Origin: Eledone cirrhosa
Lineage: Eukaryota
Assembly (NCBI GenBank): GCA_964016885.1
Contig: OZ024742.1
Location: 202,244,001-202,308,000 of the forward strand
Direction of reading: 5' to 3'
DNA: 64,000 nt
Shown here: in pieces, positions 30,001 to 42,400 of the stretch
How the letters are laid out: each line of letters begins with the position of its first letter
Numbering within the stretch: position 1 is the stretch's first letter
The notes under the pieces: generated by a model
Told to the model about the DNA's origin: nothing
Seen by the model: only the letters and a program-made list of their open reading frames with translations
The model's database searches: none
Made by a program: the position numbers and the translations under genes

Positions 30001-33000
30001 ATGTTGATGTTGGTGTTGTTATTGTTGATGTTGGTGTTGTTAATGTTGATGTCGGTGTTGTTATTGTTGATGTTGATGTCGTTAATGTTGATGTTGTTGT
30101 TGTTATTGTTGATGTTGGTGTTGTTATTGTTGATGTTGGTGTTGTTAATGTTGATGTTGGTGTCGTTAATGTTGATGTTGGTGTTGTTAATGTTGATGTT
30201 GGTGTTGTTATTGTTGATGTTGATGTTGTTAATGTTGATGTTGGTGTTGTTATTGTTGATGTTGGTGTTGTTAATGTTGATGTTGGTGTCGTTAATGTTG
30301 ATGTTGGTGTTGTTAATGTTGATGTTGGTGTTGTTAATGTTGATGTTGGTGTCGTTAATGTTGATGTTGGTGTTGTTAATGTTGATGTTGGTGTTGTTAT
30401 TGTTGATGTTGGTGTTGTTAATGTTGGTGTTGTTATTGTCGATGTTGGTGTTGTTAATGTTGATGTTGGTGTCGTTAATGTTGATGTTGGTGTTGTTAAT
30501 GTTGATGTTGGTGTTGTTATTGTTGATGTTGGTGTTGTTAATGTTGGTGTTGTTAATGTTGATGTTGGTGTTGTTAATGTTGATGTTGGTGTTGTTATTG
30601 TTGATGTTGGTGTTGTTAATGTTGATGTTAGTGTTGTTATTGTTGATGTTGGTGTTGTTAATGTTGATGTTGGTGTTGTTTATGTTGATGTTGGTGTTGT
30701 TATTGTTGATGTTGGTGTTGTTAATGTTGATATTGGTGTTGTTAATGTTGATGTAGGTGTTGTTATTGTTGATGTTGGTGTTGTTATTGTTGATGTTGGT
30801 GTTGTTATTGTTGATGTTGGTGTTGTTAATGTTGATATTGGTGTTGTTAATGTTGATGTAGGTGTTGTTATTGTTGATGTTGGTGTTGTTAATGTTGATG
30901 TTGGTGTTGTTAATGTTGGTGTTGGTGTTGTTGATGTTGGTATTGTTATTGTTGATGTTGGTCTTGGTGTTGTTATTGTTGATGTTGGTGTTGTTGATGT
31001 TGATGTTGGTGTCGTTAATGTTGACGTGGGTGTTGGTATTGTTGGTGTTGGTGTTGTTAATGTTGATGTTGGTGTCGTTAATGTTGACGTTGGTGTTGTT
31101 AATGTTGATGTTGGTGTCGTTAATGTTGACTTTGGTGTTGTCGATGTTGGTGTTGTTATTGTTGATGTTGGTGTTGTTAATGTTGATGTTGGTGTTGTTA
31201 TTGTTGGTGTTGGTGTTGTTAATGTTGATGTTGGTGTTGTTAATGTTGGTGTTGGTGTTGTTATTGTTGGTGTTGGTGTTGTTATTGTTGATGTTGGTGT
31301 TGTTAATGTTGGTGTTGGTGTTGTTGATGTTGGTGTTGTTATTGTTGATGTTGGTGTTGTTATTGTTGATGTTGGTGTTGTTATTGTTGGTGTTGTTATT
31401 GTTGATGTTGGTGTTGTTAATGTTGATGTTGTTGTTGGTGTTGTTATTGTTGATGTTGGTGTTGTTATGTTGATGTTGGTGTTGTTATTGTTGATGTTGG
31501 TTTTGTTATTGTTGATGTTGGTGTTGTTAATGTTGATGCTGGTGTTGTTATTGTTGATGTTGGTGTTGTTAATGTTGATGTTGGTGTTGTTATTGTTGAT
31601 GTTGGTGCTGTTATTGTTGATGTTGGTGTTGTTGATGTTGGTGTTGTTATTGTTGATGTTGGTGTTGTTAATGTTGATGTTGGTGTTGTTATTGTTGATG
31701 TTGGTGTTGTTAATGTTGATGTTGGTGTTGTTAATGTTGGTGTTGTTGTTGTTGATGTTGGTGTTGGTGTTGTTATTGTTGATGTTGGTGTTGTTAATGT
31801 TGATGTTGGTGTTGTTATTGTTGATGTTGGTGTTGTTGATGTTGGTGTTGTTAATGTTGATGTTGGTGTTGTTAATGTTGATGTTGGTGTTATTATTGTT
31901 GGTGTTGGTGTTGTTGATGTTGGTGTTGTTATTGTTGATGTCGGTGTTGTTGATGTTGGTGTTGGTGTTGTTATTGTTGATGTTGGTGTTGTTATTGTTG
32001 ATGTTGGTGTTGTTGATGTTGGTGTTGTTATTGTTGATGTTGGTGTTGTTAATGTTGATGTTGGTGTTGTTATTGTTGATGTTGGTGTTGTTATTGTCGA
32101 TGTTGGTGTTGTTATTGTTGATGTTGGTGTTGTTGATGTTGGTGTTGTTATTGTTGATGTTGGTGTTGTTAATGTTGATGTTGGCGTTGATATTGTTGAT
32201 GTTGGTGTTGTTATTGTTGATGTTGGTGTTGTTATTGTTGATGTTGGTGTTGTTGATGTTGGTGTTGTTATTGTTGATGTTGTTAATGTTGATGTTGGTG
32301 TTGTTATTGTTGATGTTGGTGTTGTTATTGTTGATGTTGGTGTTGTTGATGTTGGTGTTGTTATTGTTGATGTTGGTGTTGTTAATGTTGATGTTGGCGT
32401 TGTTATTGTTGATGTTGGTGTTGTTATTGTTGATGTTGGTGTTGTTATTGTTGATGTTGGTGTTGTTGATGTTGGTGTTGTTATTGTTGATGTTGTTAAT
32501 GTTGATGTTGGTGTTGTTATTGTTGATGTTGGTGTTTTTATTGTTGGTGTTGGTGTTGTTATTGTTGATGTTGGTGTTGTTGATGTTGGTGTTGTTATTG
32601 TTGATGTTGGTGTTGTTGATGTTGGTGTTGTTATTGTTGATGTTGGTGTTGTTATTGTTGATGTTGGTGTTGTTAATGTTGATGTTGGTGTTGTTATTGT
32701 TGATGTTGGTGTTGTTATTGCTGATGTTGGTGTCGTTATTGTTGATGTTGGTGTTGTTATTGTTGATGTTGGTCTTGTTAATGTTGATGTTGGTGTTGTT
32801 ATTGTTGATGTTGGTGTTGTTATTGTTGATGTTGGTGTTGTTATTGTTGATGTTGGTGTTGTTAATGTTGATGTTGGTGTTGTTATTGTTGATGTTGGTG
32901 TTGTTATTGTTGATCTTGGTGTCGTTAATGTTGATGTTGGTGTTGTTAATGTTGATGTTGGTGTTGTTATTGTTGATGTTGGTGTTGTTAATGTTGATGT

Positions 33001-36000
33001 CGGTGTTGTTATTGTTGATGTTGATGTCGTTAATGTTGATGTTGGTGTTGTTATTGTTGATGTTGGTGTTGTTATTGTTGATGTTGGTGTTGTTAATGTT
33101 GATGTTGGTGTTGCTATTGTTGATGTTGCTGTCGTTAATGTTGATCTCGGTGTTGTTATTGCTGATGTTGGTGTTGTTATTGTTGATGTTGGTGTTCTTA
33201 ATGTTGATGTAGGTGTTGTTAATGTTGATGTTGGTGTTGTTAATGTTGATGTTGGTGTTGTTAATGTTGATGTTGGTGTTGTTATTGTTGATGTTGATGT
33301 TGTTAATGTTGATGTAGGTGTTGTTAATGTTGATGTAGGTGTTGTTAATGTTGATGTTGGTGTTGTTAATGTTGATGTTGGTGTTGTTATTGTTGATGTT
33401 GGTGTTGTTATTGTTGATGTTGGTGTTGTTATTGTTGATGTTGGTGTTGTTAATGTTGATGTTGGTGTTGTTATTGTTGATGTTGGTGTTGTTATTGTTG
33501 ATGTTGGTGTCGTTAATGTTGATGTTGGTGTTGTTAATGTTGATGTTGGTGTTGTTATTGTTGATGTTGGTGTTGTTAATGTTGATGTCGGTGTTGTTAT
33601 TGTTGATGTTGATGTCGTTAATGTTGATGTTGTTGTTGTTATTGTTGATGTTGGTGTTGTTATTGTTGATGTTGGTGTTGTTAATGTTGATGTTGGTGTC
33701 GTTAATGTTGATGTTGGTGTTGTTAATGTTGATGTTGGTGTTGTTATTGTTGATGTTGATGTTGTTAATGTTGATGTTGGTGTTGTTATTGTTGATGTTG
33801 GTGTTGTTAATGTTGATGTTGGTGTCGTTAATGTTGATGTTGGTGTTGTTAATGTTGATGTTGGTGTTGTTAATGTTGATGTTGGTGTCGTTAATGTTGA
33901 TGTTGGTGTTGTTAATGTTGATGTTGGTGTTGTTATTGTTGATGTTGGTGTTGTTAATGTTGGTGTTGTTATTGTCGATGTTGGTGTTGTTAATGTTGAT
34001 GTTGGTGTCGTTAATGTTGATGTTGGTGTTGTTAATGTTGATGTTGGTGTTGTTATTGTTGATGTTGGTGTTGTTAATGTTGGTGTTGTTAATGTTGATG
34101 TTGGTGTTGTTAATGTTGATGTTGGTGTTGTTATTGTTGATGTTGGTGTTGTTAATGTTGATGTTAGTGTTGTTATTGTTGATGTTGGTGTTGTTAATGT
34201 TGATGTTGGTGTTGTTTATGTTGATGTTGGTGTTGTTATTGTTGATGTTGGTGTTGTTGATGTTGATATTGGTGTTGTTAATGTTGATGTAGGTGTTGTT
34301 ATTGTTGATGTTGGTGTTGTTATTGTTGATGTTGGTGTTGTTATTGTTGATGTTGGTGTTGTTAATGTTGATATTGGTGTTGTTAATGTTGATGTAGGTG
34401 TTGTTATTGTTGATGTTGGTGTTGTTAATGTTGATGTTGGTGTTGTTAATGTTGGTGTTGGTGTTGTTGATGTTGGTATTGTTATTGTTGATGTTGGTCT
34501 TGGTGTTGTTATTGTTGATGTTGGTGTTGTTGATGTTGATGTTGGTGTCGTTAATGTTGACGTGGGTGTTGTTATTGTTGGTGTTGGTGTTGTTAATGTT
34601 GATGTTGGTGTAGTTAATGTTGACGTTGGTGTTGTTAATGTTGATGTTGGTGTCGTTAATGTTGACTTTGGTGTTGTCGATGTTGGTGTTGTTATTGTTG
34701 ATGTTGGTGTTGTTAATGTTGATGTTGGTGTTGTTATTGTTGGTGTTGGTGTTGTTAATGTTGATGTTGGTGTTGTTAATGTTGGTGTTGGTGTTGTTAT
34801 TGTTGGTGTTGGTGTTGTTATTGTTGATGTTGGTGTTGTTAATGTTGGTGTTGGTGTTGTTGATGTTGGTGTTGTTATTGTTGATGTTGGTGTTGTTATT
34901 GTTGATGTTGGTGTTGTTATTGTTGGTGTTGTTATTGTTGATGTTGGTGTTGTTAATGTTGATGTTGTTGTTGGTGTTGTTATTGTTGATGCTGGTGTTG
35001 TTATTGTTGATGTTGGTGTTGTTAATGTTGATGTTGGTGTTGTTATTGTTGATGTTGGTGCTGTTATTGTTGATGTTGGTGTTGTTGATGTTGGTGTTGT
35101 TATTGTTGATGTTGGTGTTGTTAATGTTGATGTTGGTGTTGTTATTGTTGATGTTGGTGTTGTTAATGTTGATGTTGGTGTTGTTAATGTTGGTGTTGTT
35201 GTTGTTGATGTTGGTGTTGGTGTTGTTATTGTTGATGTTGGTGTTGTTAATGTTGATGTTGGTGTTGTTATTGTTGATGTTGGTGTTGTTGATGTTGGTG
35301 TTGTTAATGTTGATGTTGGTGTTGTTAATGTTGATGTTGGTGTTATTATTGTTGGTGTTGGTGTTGTTGATGTTGGTGTTGTTATTGTTGATGTCGGTGT
35401 TGTTGATGTTGGTGTTGGTGTTGTTATTGTTGATGTTGGTGTTGTTATTGTTGATGTTGGTGTTGTTGATGTTGGTGTTGTTATTGTTGATGTTGGTGTT
35501 GTTAATGTTGATGTTGGTGTTGTTATTGTTGATGTTGGTGTTGTTATTGTCGATGTTGGTGTTGTTATTGTTGATGTTGGTGTTGTTGATGTTGGTGTTG
35601 TTATTGTTGATGTTGGTGTTGTTAATGTTGATGTTGGCGTTGATATTGTTGATGTTGGTGTTGTTATTGTTGATGTTGGTGTTGTTATTGTTGATGTTGG
35701 TGTTGTTGATGTTGGTGTTGTTATTGTTGATGTTGTTAATGTTGATGTTGGTGTTGTTATTGTTGATGTTGGTGTTGTTATTGTTGATGTTGGTGTTGTT
35801 AATGTTGATGTTGGTGTTGTTATTGTTGATGTTGGTGTTGTTATTGCTGATGTTGGTGTCGTTATTGTTGATGTTGGTGTTGTTATTGTTGATGTTGGTC
35901 TTGTTAATGTTGATGTTGGTGTTGTTATTGTTGATGTTGGTGTTGTTATTGTTGATGTTGGTGTTGTTATTGTTGATGTTGGTGTTGTTAATGTTGATGT

Positions 36001-39000
36001 TGGTGTTGTTATTGTTGATGTTGGTGTTGTTATTGTTGATCTTGGTGTCGTTAATGTTGATGTTGGTGTTGTTAATGTTGATGTTGGTGTTGTTATTGTT
36101 GATGTTGGTGTTGTTAATGTTGATGTCGGTGTTGTTATTGTTGATGTTGATGTCGTTAATGTTGATGTTGGTGTTGTTATTGTTGATGTTGGTGTTGTTA
36201 TTGTTGATGTTGGTGTTGTTAATGTTGATGTTGGTGTTGCTATTGTTGATGTTGCTGTCGTTAATGTTGATCTCGGTGTTGTTATTGCTGATGTTGGTGT
36301 TGTTATTGTTGATGTTGGTGTTCTTAATGTTGATGTAGGTGTGGTTAATGTTGATGTTGGTGTTGTTAATGTTGATGTTGGTGTTGTTAATGTTGATGTT
36401 GGTGTTGTTATTGTTGATGTTGATGTTGTTAATGTTGATGTAGGTGTTGTTAATGTTGATGTAGGTGTTGTTAATGTTGATGTTGGTGTTGTTAATGTTG
36501 ATGTTGGTGTTGTTATTGTTGATGTTGGTGTTGTTATTGTTGATGTTGGTGTTGTTATTGTTGATGTTGGTGTTGTTAATGTTGATGTTGATGTTGTTAT
36601 TGTTGATGTTGGTGTTGTTATTGTTGATGTTGGTGTCGTTAATGTTGATGTTGGTGTTGTTAATGTTGATGTTGGTGTTGTTATTGTTGATGTTGGTGTT
36701 GTTAATGTTGATGTCGGTGTTGTTATTGTTGATGTTGATGTCGTTAATGTTGATGTTGGTGTTGTTATTGTTGATGTTGGTGTTGTTATTGTTGATGTTG
36801 GTGTTGTTAATGTTGATGTTGGTGTCGTTAATGTTGATGTTGGTGTTGTTAATGTTGATGTTGGTGTTGTTATTGTTGATGTTGGTGTTGTTAATGTTGA
36901 TGTTGGTGTTGTTATTGTTGATGTTGGTGTTGTTAATGTTGATGTTGGTGTCGTTAATGTTGATGTTGGTGTCGTTAATGTTGATGTTGGTGTTGTTAAT
37001 GTTGATGTTGGTGTCGTTAATGTTGATGTTGGTGTTGTTAATGTTGATGTTGGTGTTGTTATTGTTGATGTTGGTGTTGTTAATGTTGGTGTTGTTATTG
37101 TCGATGTTGGTGTTGTTAATGTTGATGTTGGTGTCGTTAATGTTGATGTTGGTGTTGTTAACGTTGATGTTGGTGTTGTTATTGTTGATGTTGGTGTTGT
37201 TAATGTTGGTGTTGTTAATGTTGATGTTGGTGTTGTTAATGTTGATGTTGGTGTTGTTATTGTTGATGTTGGTGTTGTTAATGTTGATGTTAGTGTTGTT
37301 ATTGTTGATGTTGGTGTTGTTAATGTTGATGTTGGTGTTGTTAATGTTGATGTTGGTGTTGTTATTGTTGATGTTGGTGTTGTTAATGTTGATATTGGTG
37401 TTGTTAATGTTGATGTAGGTGTTGTTATTGTTGATGTTGGTGTTGTTATTGTTGATGTTGGTGTTGTTATTGTTGATGTTGGTGTTGTTAATGTTGATAT
37501 TGGTGTTGTTAATGTCGATGTAGGTGTTGTTATTGTTGATGTTGGTGTTGTTAATGTTGATGTTGGTGTTGTTAATGTTGATATTGGTGTTGTTAATGTC
37601 GATGTAGGTGTTGTTATTGTTGATGTTGGTGTTGTTAATGTTGGTGTTGTTGTTGTTGATGTTGGTGTTGGTGTTGTTATTGTTGATGTTGGTGTTGTTA
37701 ATGTTGATGTTGGTGTTGTTATTGTTGATGTTGGTGTTGTTGATGTTGGTGTTGTTAATGTTGATGTTGGTGTTGTTAATGTTGATGTTGGTGTTATTAT
37801 TGTTGGTGTTGGTGTTGTTGATGTTGGTGTTGTTATTGTTGATGTCGGTGTTGTTGATGTTGGTGTTGGTGTTGTTATTGTTGATGTTGGTGTTGTTATT
37901 GTTGATGTTGGTGTTGTTGATGTTGGTGTTGTTATTGTTGATGTTGGTGTTGTTAATGTTGATGTTGGTGTTGTTATTGTTGATGTTGGTGTTGTTATTG
38001 TCGATGTTGGTGTTGTTATTGTTGATGTTGGTGTTGTTGATGTTGGTGTTGTTATTGTTGATGTTGGTGTTGTTAATGTTGATGTTGGCGTTGATATTGT
38101 TGATGTTGGTGTTGTTATTGTTGATGTTGGTGTTGTTATTGTTGATGTTGGTGTTGTTGATGTTGGTGTTGTTATTGTTGATGTTGTTAATGTTGATGTT
38201 GGTGTTGTTATTGTTGATGTTGGTGTTGTTATTGTTGATGTTGGTGTTGTTAATGTTGATGTTGGTGTTGTTATTGTTGATGTTGGTGTTGTTATTGCTG
38301 ATGTTGGTGTCGTTATTGTTGATGTTGGTGTTGTTATTGTTGATGTTGGTCTTGTTAATATTGATGTTGGTGTTGTTATTGTTGATGTTGGTGTTGTTAT
38401 TGTTGATGTTGGTGTTGTTATTGTTGATGTTGGTGTTGTTAATGTTGATGTTGGTGTTGTTATTGTTGATGTTGGTGTTGTTATTGTTGATCTTGGTGTC
38501 GTTAATGTTGATGTTGGTGTTGTTAATGTTGATGTTGGTGTTGTTATTGTTGATGTTGGTGTTGTTAATGTTGATGTCGGTGTTGTTATTGTTGATGTTG
38601 ATGTCGTTAATGTTGATGTTGGTGTTGTTATTGTTGATGTTGGTGTTGTTATTGTTGATGTTGGTGTTGTTAATGTTGATGTTGGTGTTGCTATTGTTGA
38701 TGTTGCTGTCGTTAATGTTGATCTCGGTGTTGTTATTGCTGATGTTGGTGTTGTTATTGTTGATGTTGGTGTTCTTAATGTTGATGTAGGTGTGGTTAAT
38801 GTTGATGTTGGTGTTGTTAATGTTGATGTTGGTGTTGTTAATGTTGATGTTGGTGTTGTTATTGTTGATGTTGATGTTGTTAATGTTGATGTAGGTGTTG
38901 TTAATGTTGATGTAGGTGTTGTTAATGTTGATGTTGGTGTTGTTAATGTTGATGTTGGTGTTGTTATTGTTGATGTTGGTGTTGTTATTGTTGATGTTGG

Positions 39001-41275
39001 TGTTGTTATTGTTGATGTTGGTGTTGTTAATGTTGATGTTGATGTTGTTATTGTTGATGTTGGTGTTGTTATTGTTGATGTTGGTGTCGTTAATGTTGAT
39101 GTTGGTGTTGTTAATGTTGATGTTGGTGTTGTTATTGTTGATGTTGGTGTTGTTAATGTTGATGTCGGTGTTGTTATTGTTGATGTTGATGTCGTTAATG
39201 TTGATGTTGGTGTTGTTATTGTTGATGTTGGTGTTGTTATTGTTGATGTTGGTGTTGTTAATGTTGATGTTGGTGTCGTTAATGTTGATGTTGGTGTTGT
39301 TAATGTTGATGTTGGTGTTGTTATTGTTGATGTTGGTGTTGTTAATGTTGATGTTGGTGTTGTTATTGTTGATGTTGGTGTTGTTAATGTTGATGTTGGT
39401 GTCGTTAATGTTGATGTTGGTGTCGTTAATGTTGATGTTGGTGTTGTTAATGTTGATGTTGGTGTCGTTAATGTTGATGTTGGTGTTGTTAATGTTGATG
39501 TTGGTGTTGTTATTGTTGATGTTGGTGTTGTTAATGTTGGTGTTGTTATTGTCGATGTTGGTGTTGTTAATGTTGATGTTGGTGTCGTTAATGTTGATGT
39601 TGGTGTTGTTAACGTTGATGTTGGTGTTGTTATTGTTGATGTTGGTGTTGTTAATGTTGGTGTTGTTAATGTTGATGTTGGTGTTGTTAATGTTGATGTT
39701 GGTGTTGTTATTGTTGATGTTGGTGTTGTTAATGTTGATGTTAGTGTTGTTATTGTTGATGTTGGTGTTGTTAATGTTGATGTTGGTGTTGTTAATGTTG
39801 ATGTTGGTGTTGTTATTGTTGATGTTGGTGTTGTTAATGTTGATATTGGTGTTGTTAATGTTGATGTAGGTGTTGTTATTGTTGATGTTGGTGTTGTTAT
39901 TGTTGATGTTGGTGTTGTTATTGTTGATGTTGGTGTTGTTAATGTTGATATTGGTGTTGTTAATGTCGATGTAGGTGTTGTTATTGTTGATGTTGGTGTT
40001 GTTAATGTTGATGTTGGTGTTGTTAATGTTGATGTTGGTGATGTTAATGTTGATGTTGGTGTTGTTAATGTTGAAATTGGTGTTGTTAATGTTGATGTTG
40101 GTGCTGTTGATGTTGATTTTGGTGTTGTTAATGTTGATGTTGGTGTTGTTATTGTTGATGTTGGTGTTGTTATTGTTGATGTTGGTGTTGTTAATGTTGA
40201 TGTTGGTGTTGTTATTGTTGATGTTGGTGTTGTTCATGTTGATGTTGGTGTTGTTATTGTTGATGTTGGTGTTGTTAATGTTGATGTTGGTGTTGTTAAT
40301 GTTGATGTTGGTGTTATTATTGTTGATGTTGTTGTTGTTAATGTTGATGTTGGTGTTGTTAATGTTGATGTTTGTGTTGTTAATGTTGATGTTGGTGTTG
40401 TTAATGTTGATGTTGGTGTTGTTAATGTTGATGTTGGTGTTGTTAATGTTGATGTTGGTGTTGTTATTGTCGATGTTGGTGTTGTTAATGTTGATGTTGG
40501 TGTTGTTAATGTTGATGTTGGTGTTGTTAATGTTGATGTTGGTGTTGTTAATGTTGATGTTGGTGTTGTTAATGTTGATGTTGGTGTTGTTATTGTTGAT
40601 GTTGGTGTTGTTAATGTTGATGTTGGTGTTGTTGATGTTGATGTTGGTGTTGTTATTGTTGATGTTGGTGTTGTTATTGTTGATGTTGGTGTTGTTATTG
40701 TTGATGTTGGTGTTGTTATTGTTGATGTTGGTGTTGTTAATGTTAATGTTGGTGTTGTTAATGTTGATGTTGGTGTTGTTATTGTTGATGTTGGTGTTGT
40801 TAATGTTGATGTTGGTGTTGTTAATGCTGATGTTGGTGTTGTTATTGTTGGTGTTGGTGTTGTCATTGTTGATGTTGGTGTTGTTACTGTTGATGTTGGT
40901 GTTGTTATTGTTGATGTTGGTGTTGTTATTGTTGGTGTTGGTGTTGTTATTGTTGATGTTGGTGTTGTTACTGTTGGTGTTGGTGTTGTTATTGTTGATG
41001 GTGGTGTTGTTATTGTTGGTGTTGGTGTTGTCATTGTTGATGTTGGTGTTGTTACTGTTGGTGTTGGTGTTGTTATTGTTGATGTTGGTGTTCTTATTGT
41101 TGGTGTTGGTGTTGTTATTGTTGATGTTGGTGTTGTTATTGTTGATGTTGGTTTTGTTAATGTTGATGTTGATGTTGTTATTGTTGATGTTGTTGTTGTT
41201 ATTGTTGATGTTGGTGTTGATATTGTTGATGTTGGTGTTGTTAATGTTTATGTTGGTGTTGTTAATGTTGATGTG
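1..41275. repeat. Giant 21-bp-unit minisatellite, consensus GTTGATGTTGGTGTTGTT(ATT/AAT), with higher-order structure; truncated by the window start
   Basis: Continuous array of 7-trinucleotide units plus 15/18-bp deletion variants. Rare variants (gttatagtt, gacgtgggt, gatctcggt, gatgtaggt) recur in the same order. Ends abruptly at ...gatgtgTAGataatttag. Confidence 0.98.
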
Positions 41276-41307
41276 TAGATAATTTAGTTAATATTAATGT
41301 AACATCA

Positions 41308-41527
41308 AATAATGGTTCGTGATTTAGTCACAAGGCCTGCAATTGTGGGGGAGGGGAGAGCTGATTAAATTGACCCCGGTGCGTGACTGGTACTTTATTT
41401 TATAGATCCCGTAAGGATGAAAGGCAAAGTAAACCTCGGCGGGATTTGAACTCAGATCACAAATGGCCGTAACTCTATGCCGCAAAACCGTCCGACCCTC
41501 TACCAATACTGCTAATCCATCGCCCTC
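41308..41527 (-). mobile_element. tRNA-derived SINE (MESC/Meta-like core)
   Basis: Minus strand shows a tRNA-like head with B-box GAGTTCAAATCCC, core GCCTTTCATCCTTACGGGATCTATAAAATAAAGTACCAGT and an (ATT)-like tail. Homologous copies occur elsewhere in the window. Superfamily assignment is from recollection of the core motif. Confidence 0.75.
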
Positions 41528-41547
41528 AATGTAATATTAAATAATAA

Positions 41548-41765
41548 AGGGCAGTGGGTTGGCAGTGTCGTTAGAGAGTCAGACTAGTGTTTCTTACAGA
41601 TCCTTACGATCTGAGTCCAAATCCGCCGCGGTCAACTATGCCTTTCATCCTTTTAGTGTCAATAAAATAAAGTACCAGTCATATACACGGGAAGATATAA
41701 TCGACTTTTCCCCTAACACCAAATTGCGGGCCGTGAGTCAATGTTAAATATCATTATTATTGTCC
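41548..41765 (+). mobile_element. tRNA-derived SINE, same family
   Basis: A-box-like TTGGCAGTGTCGTTAG, B-box-like GAGTCCAAATCC, core GCCTTTCATCCTTTTAGTGTCAATAAAATAAAGTACCAGT, tail CATTATTATT. Confidence 0.75.
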
Positions 41766-41767
41766 CT

Positions 41768-41870
41768 TTACGGTCTGAGTTCAAATCCCGCCGAGGTTAA
41801 CTTTGCCTTTCATCCTTACGGGGTCGATAAAATAAAGTACCAGTAATGCACTGGAATAATTGCTGGCCTT
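41768..41870 (+). mobile_element. Partial SINE, same family
   Basis: CTGAGTTCAAATCCCGCCGAGGTTAACTTTGCCTTTCATCCTTACGGGGTCGATAAAATAAAGTACCAGT. Confidence 0.72.
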
Positions 41871-42131
41871 TAAGAAGTGCTATAACTACGGCGGGAAGTT
41901 ATGTTACAATCCAATAGTTATTTTTGTTGTAAGTGTTGATGGTATTGTTGTTATTGCTTTTAATATAGTTACCTTCTTGTTGCTGATGTTGTAGCTGTTA
42001 CTGATGATGTTGTTTATGTTGTCATTGTTGCAATAGATGTTATTGTTTATGTTTTTGATGATAATGGTGATGATGATATCAATATTGTTATAGTTATATA
42101 TATATATTTAAGTATAAAGAAAGTATATATA

Positions 42132-42210
<79 letters not shown>

Positions 42211-42214
42211 GTGC

Positions 42215-42244
<30 letters not shown>

Positions 42245-42247
<3 letters not shown>

Positions 42248-42400
42248 ACAAAGTGGGTGTGATAAGATATGGACCATAACGCACCAGAGTGCTCAATAGT
42301 TAGGGTAGTATCGTGAGTAATAGGAAAAGAGTCAGGACCCCGATGGCTGAGCTCCGACCGTTTCGAGACTAGATCCGAACTGAGTCGGGGTCCTGATTCT

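Noticed and set aside
30680-41034. Mucin PTS-domain exon (TTPTSTI repeats) on the minus strand
   Set aside because: The frame is interrupted by stops (30680, 40234) and recurrent 1-bp deletions. No flanking mucin domains or splice acceptor are evident.
1-41275. CRISPR array or telomeric repeat
   Set aside because: There are no unique spacers or cas genes. The unit is not TTAGGG-like and the context is a eukaryotic gene.
157-41282. Dozens of long Leu/Met/Val-rich ORFs, the 2238-aa VDVGVV ORF and the 3185-aa Asn-rich ORF
   Set aside because: They are translations of a stop-free trinucleotide-derived repeat, with no unique domains and single-codon usage. Frameshifts (near 680 and 2498) and stops are copied along with the HOR blocks.
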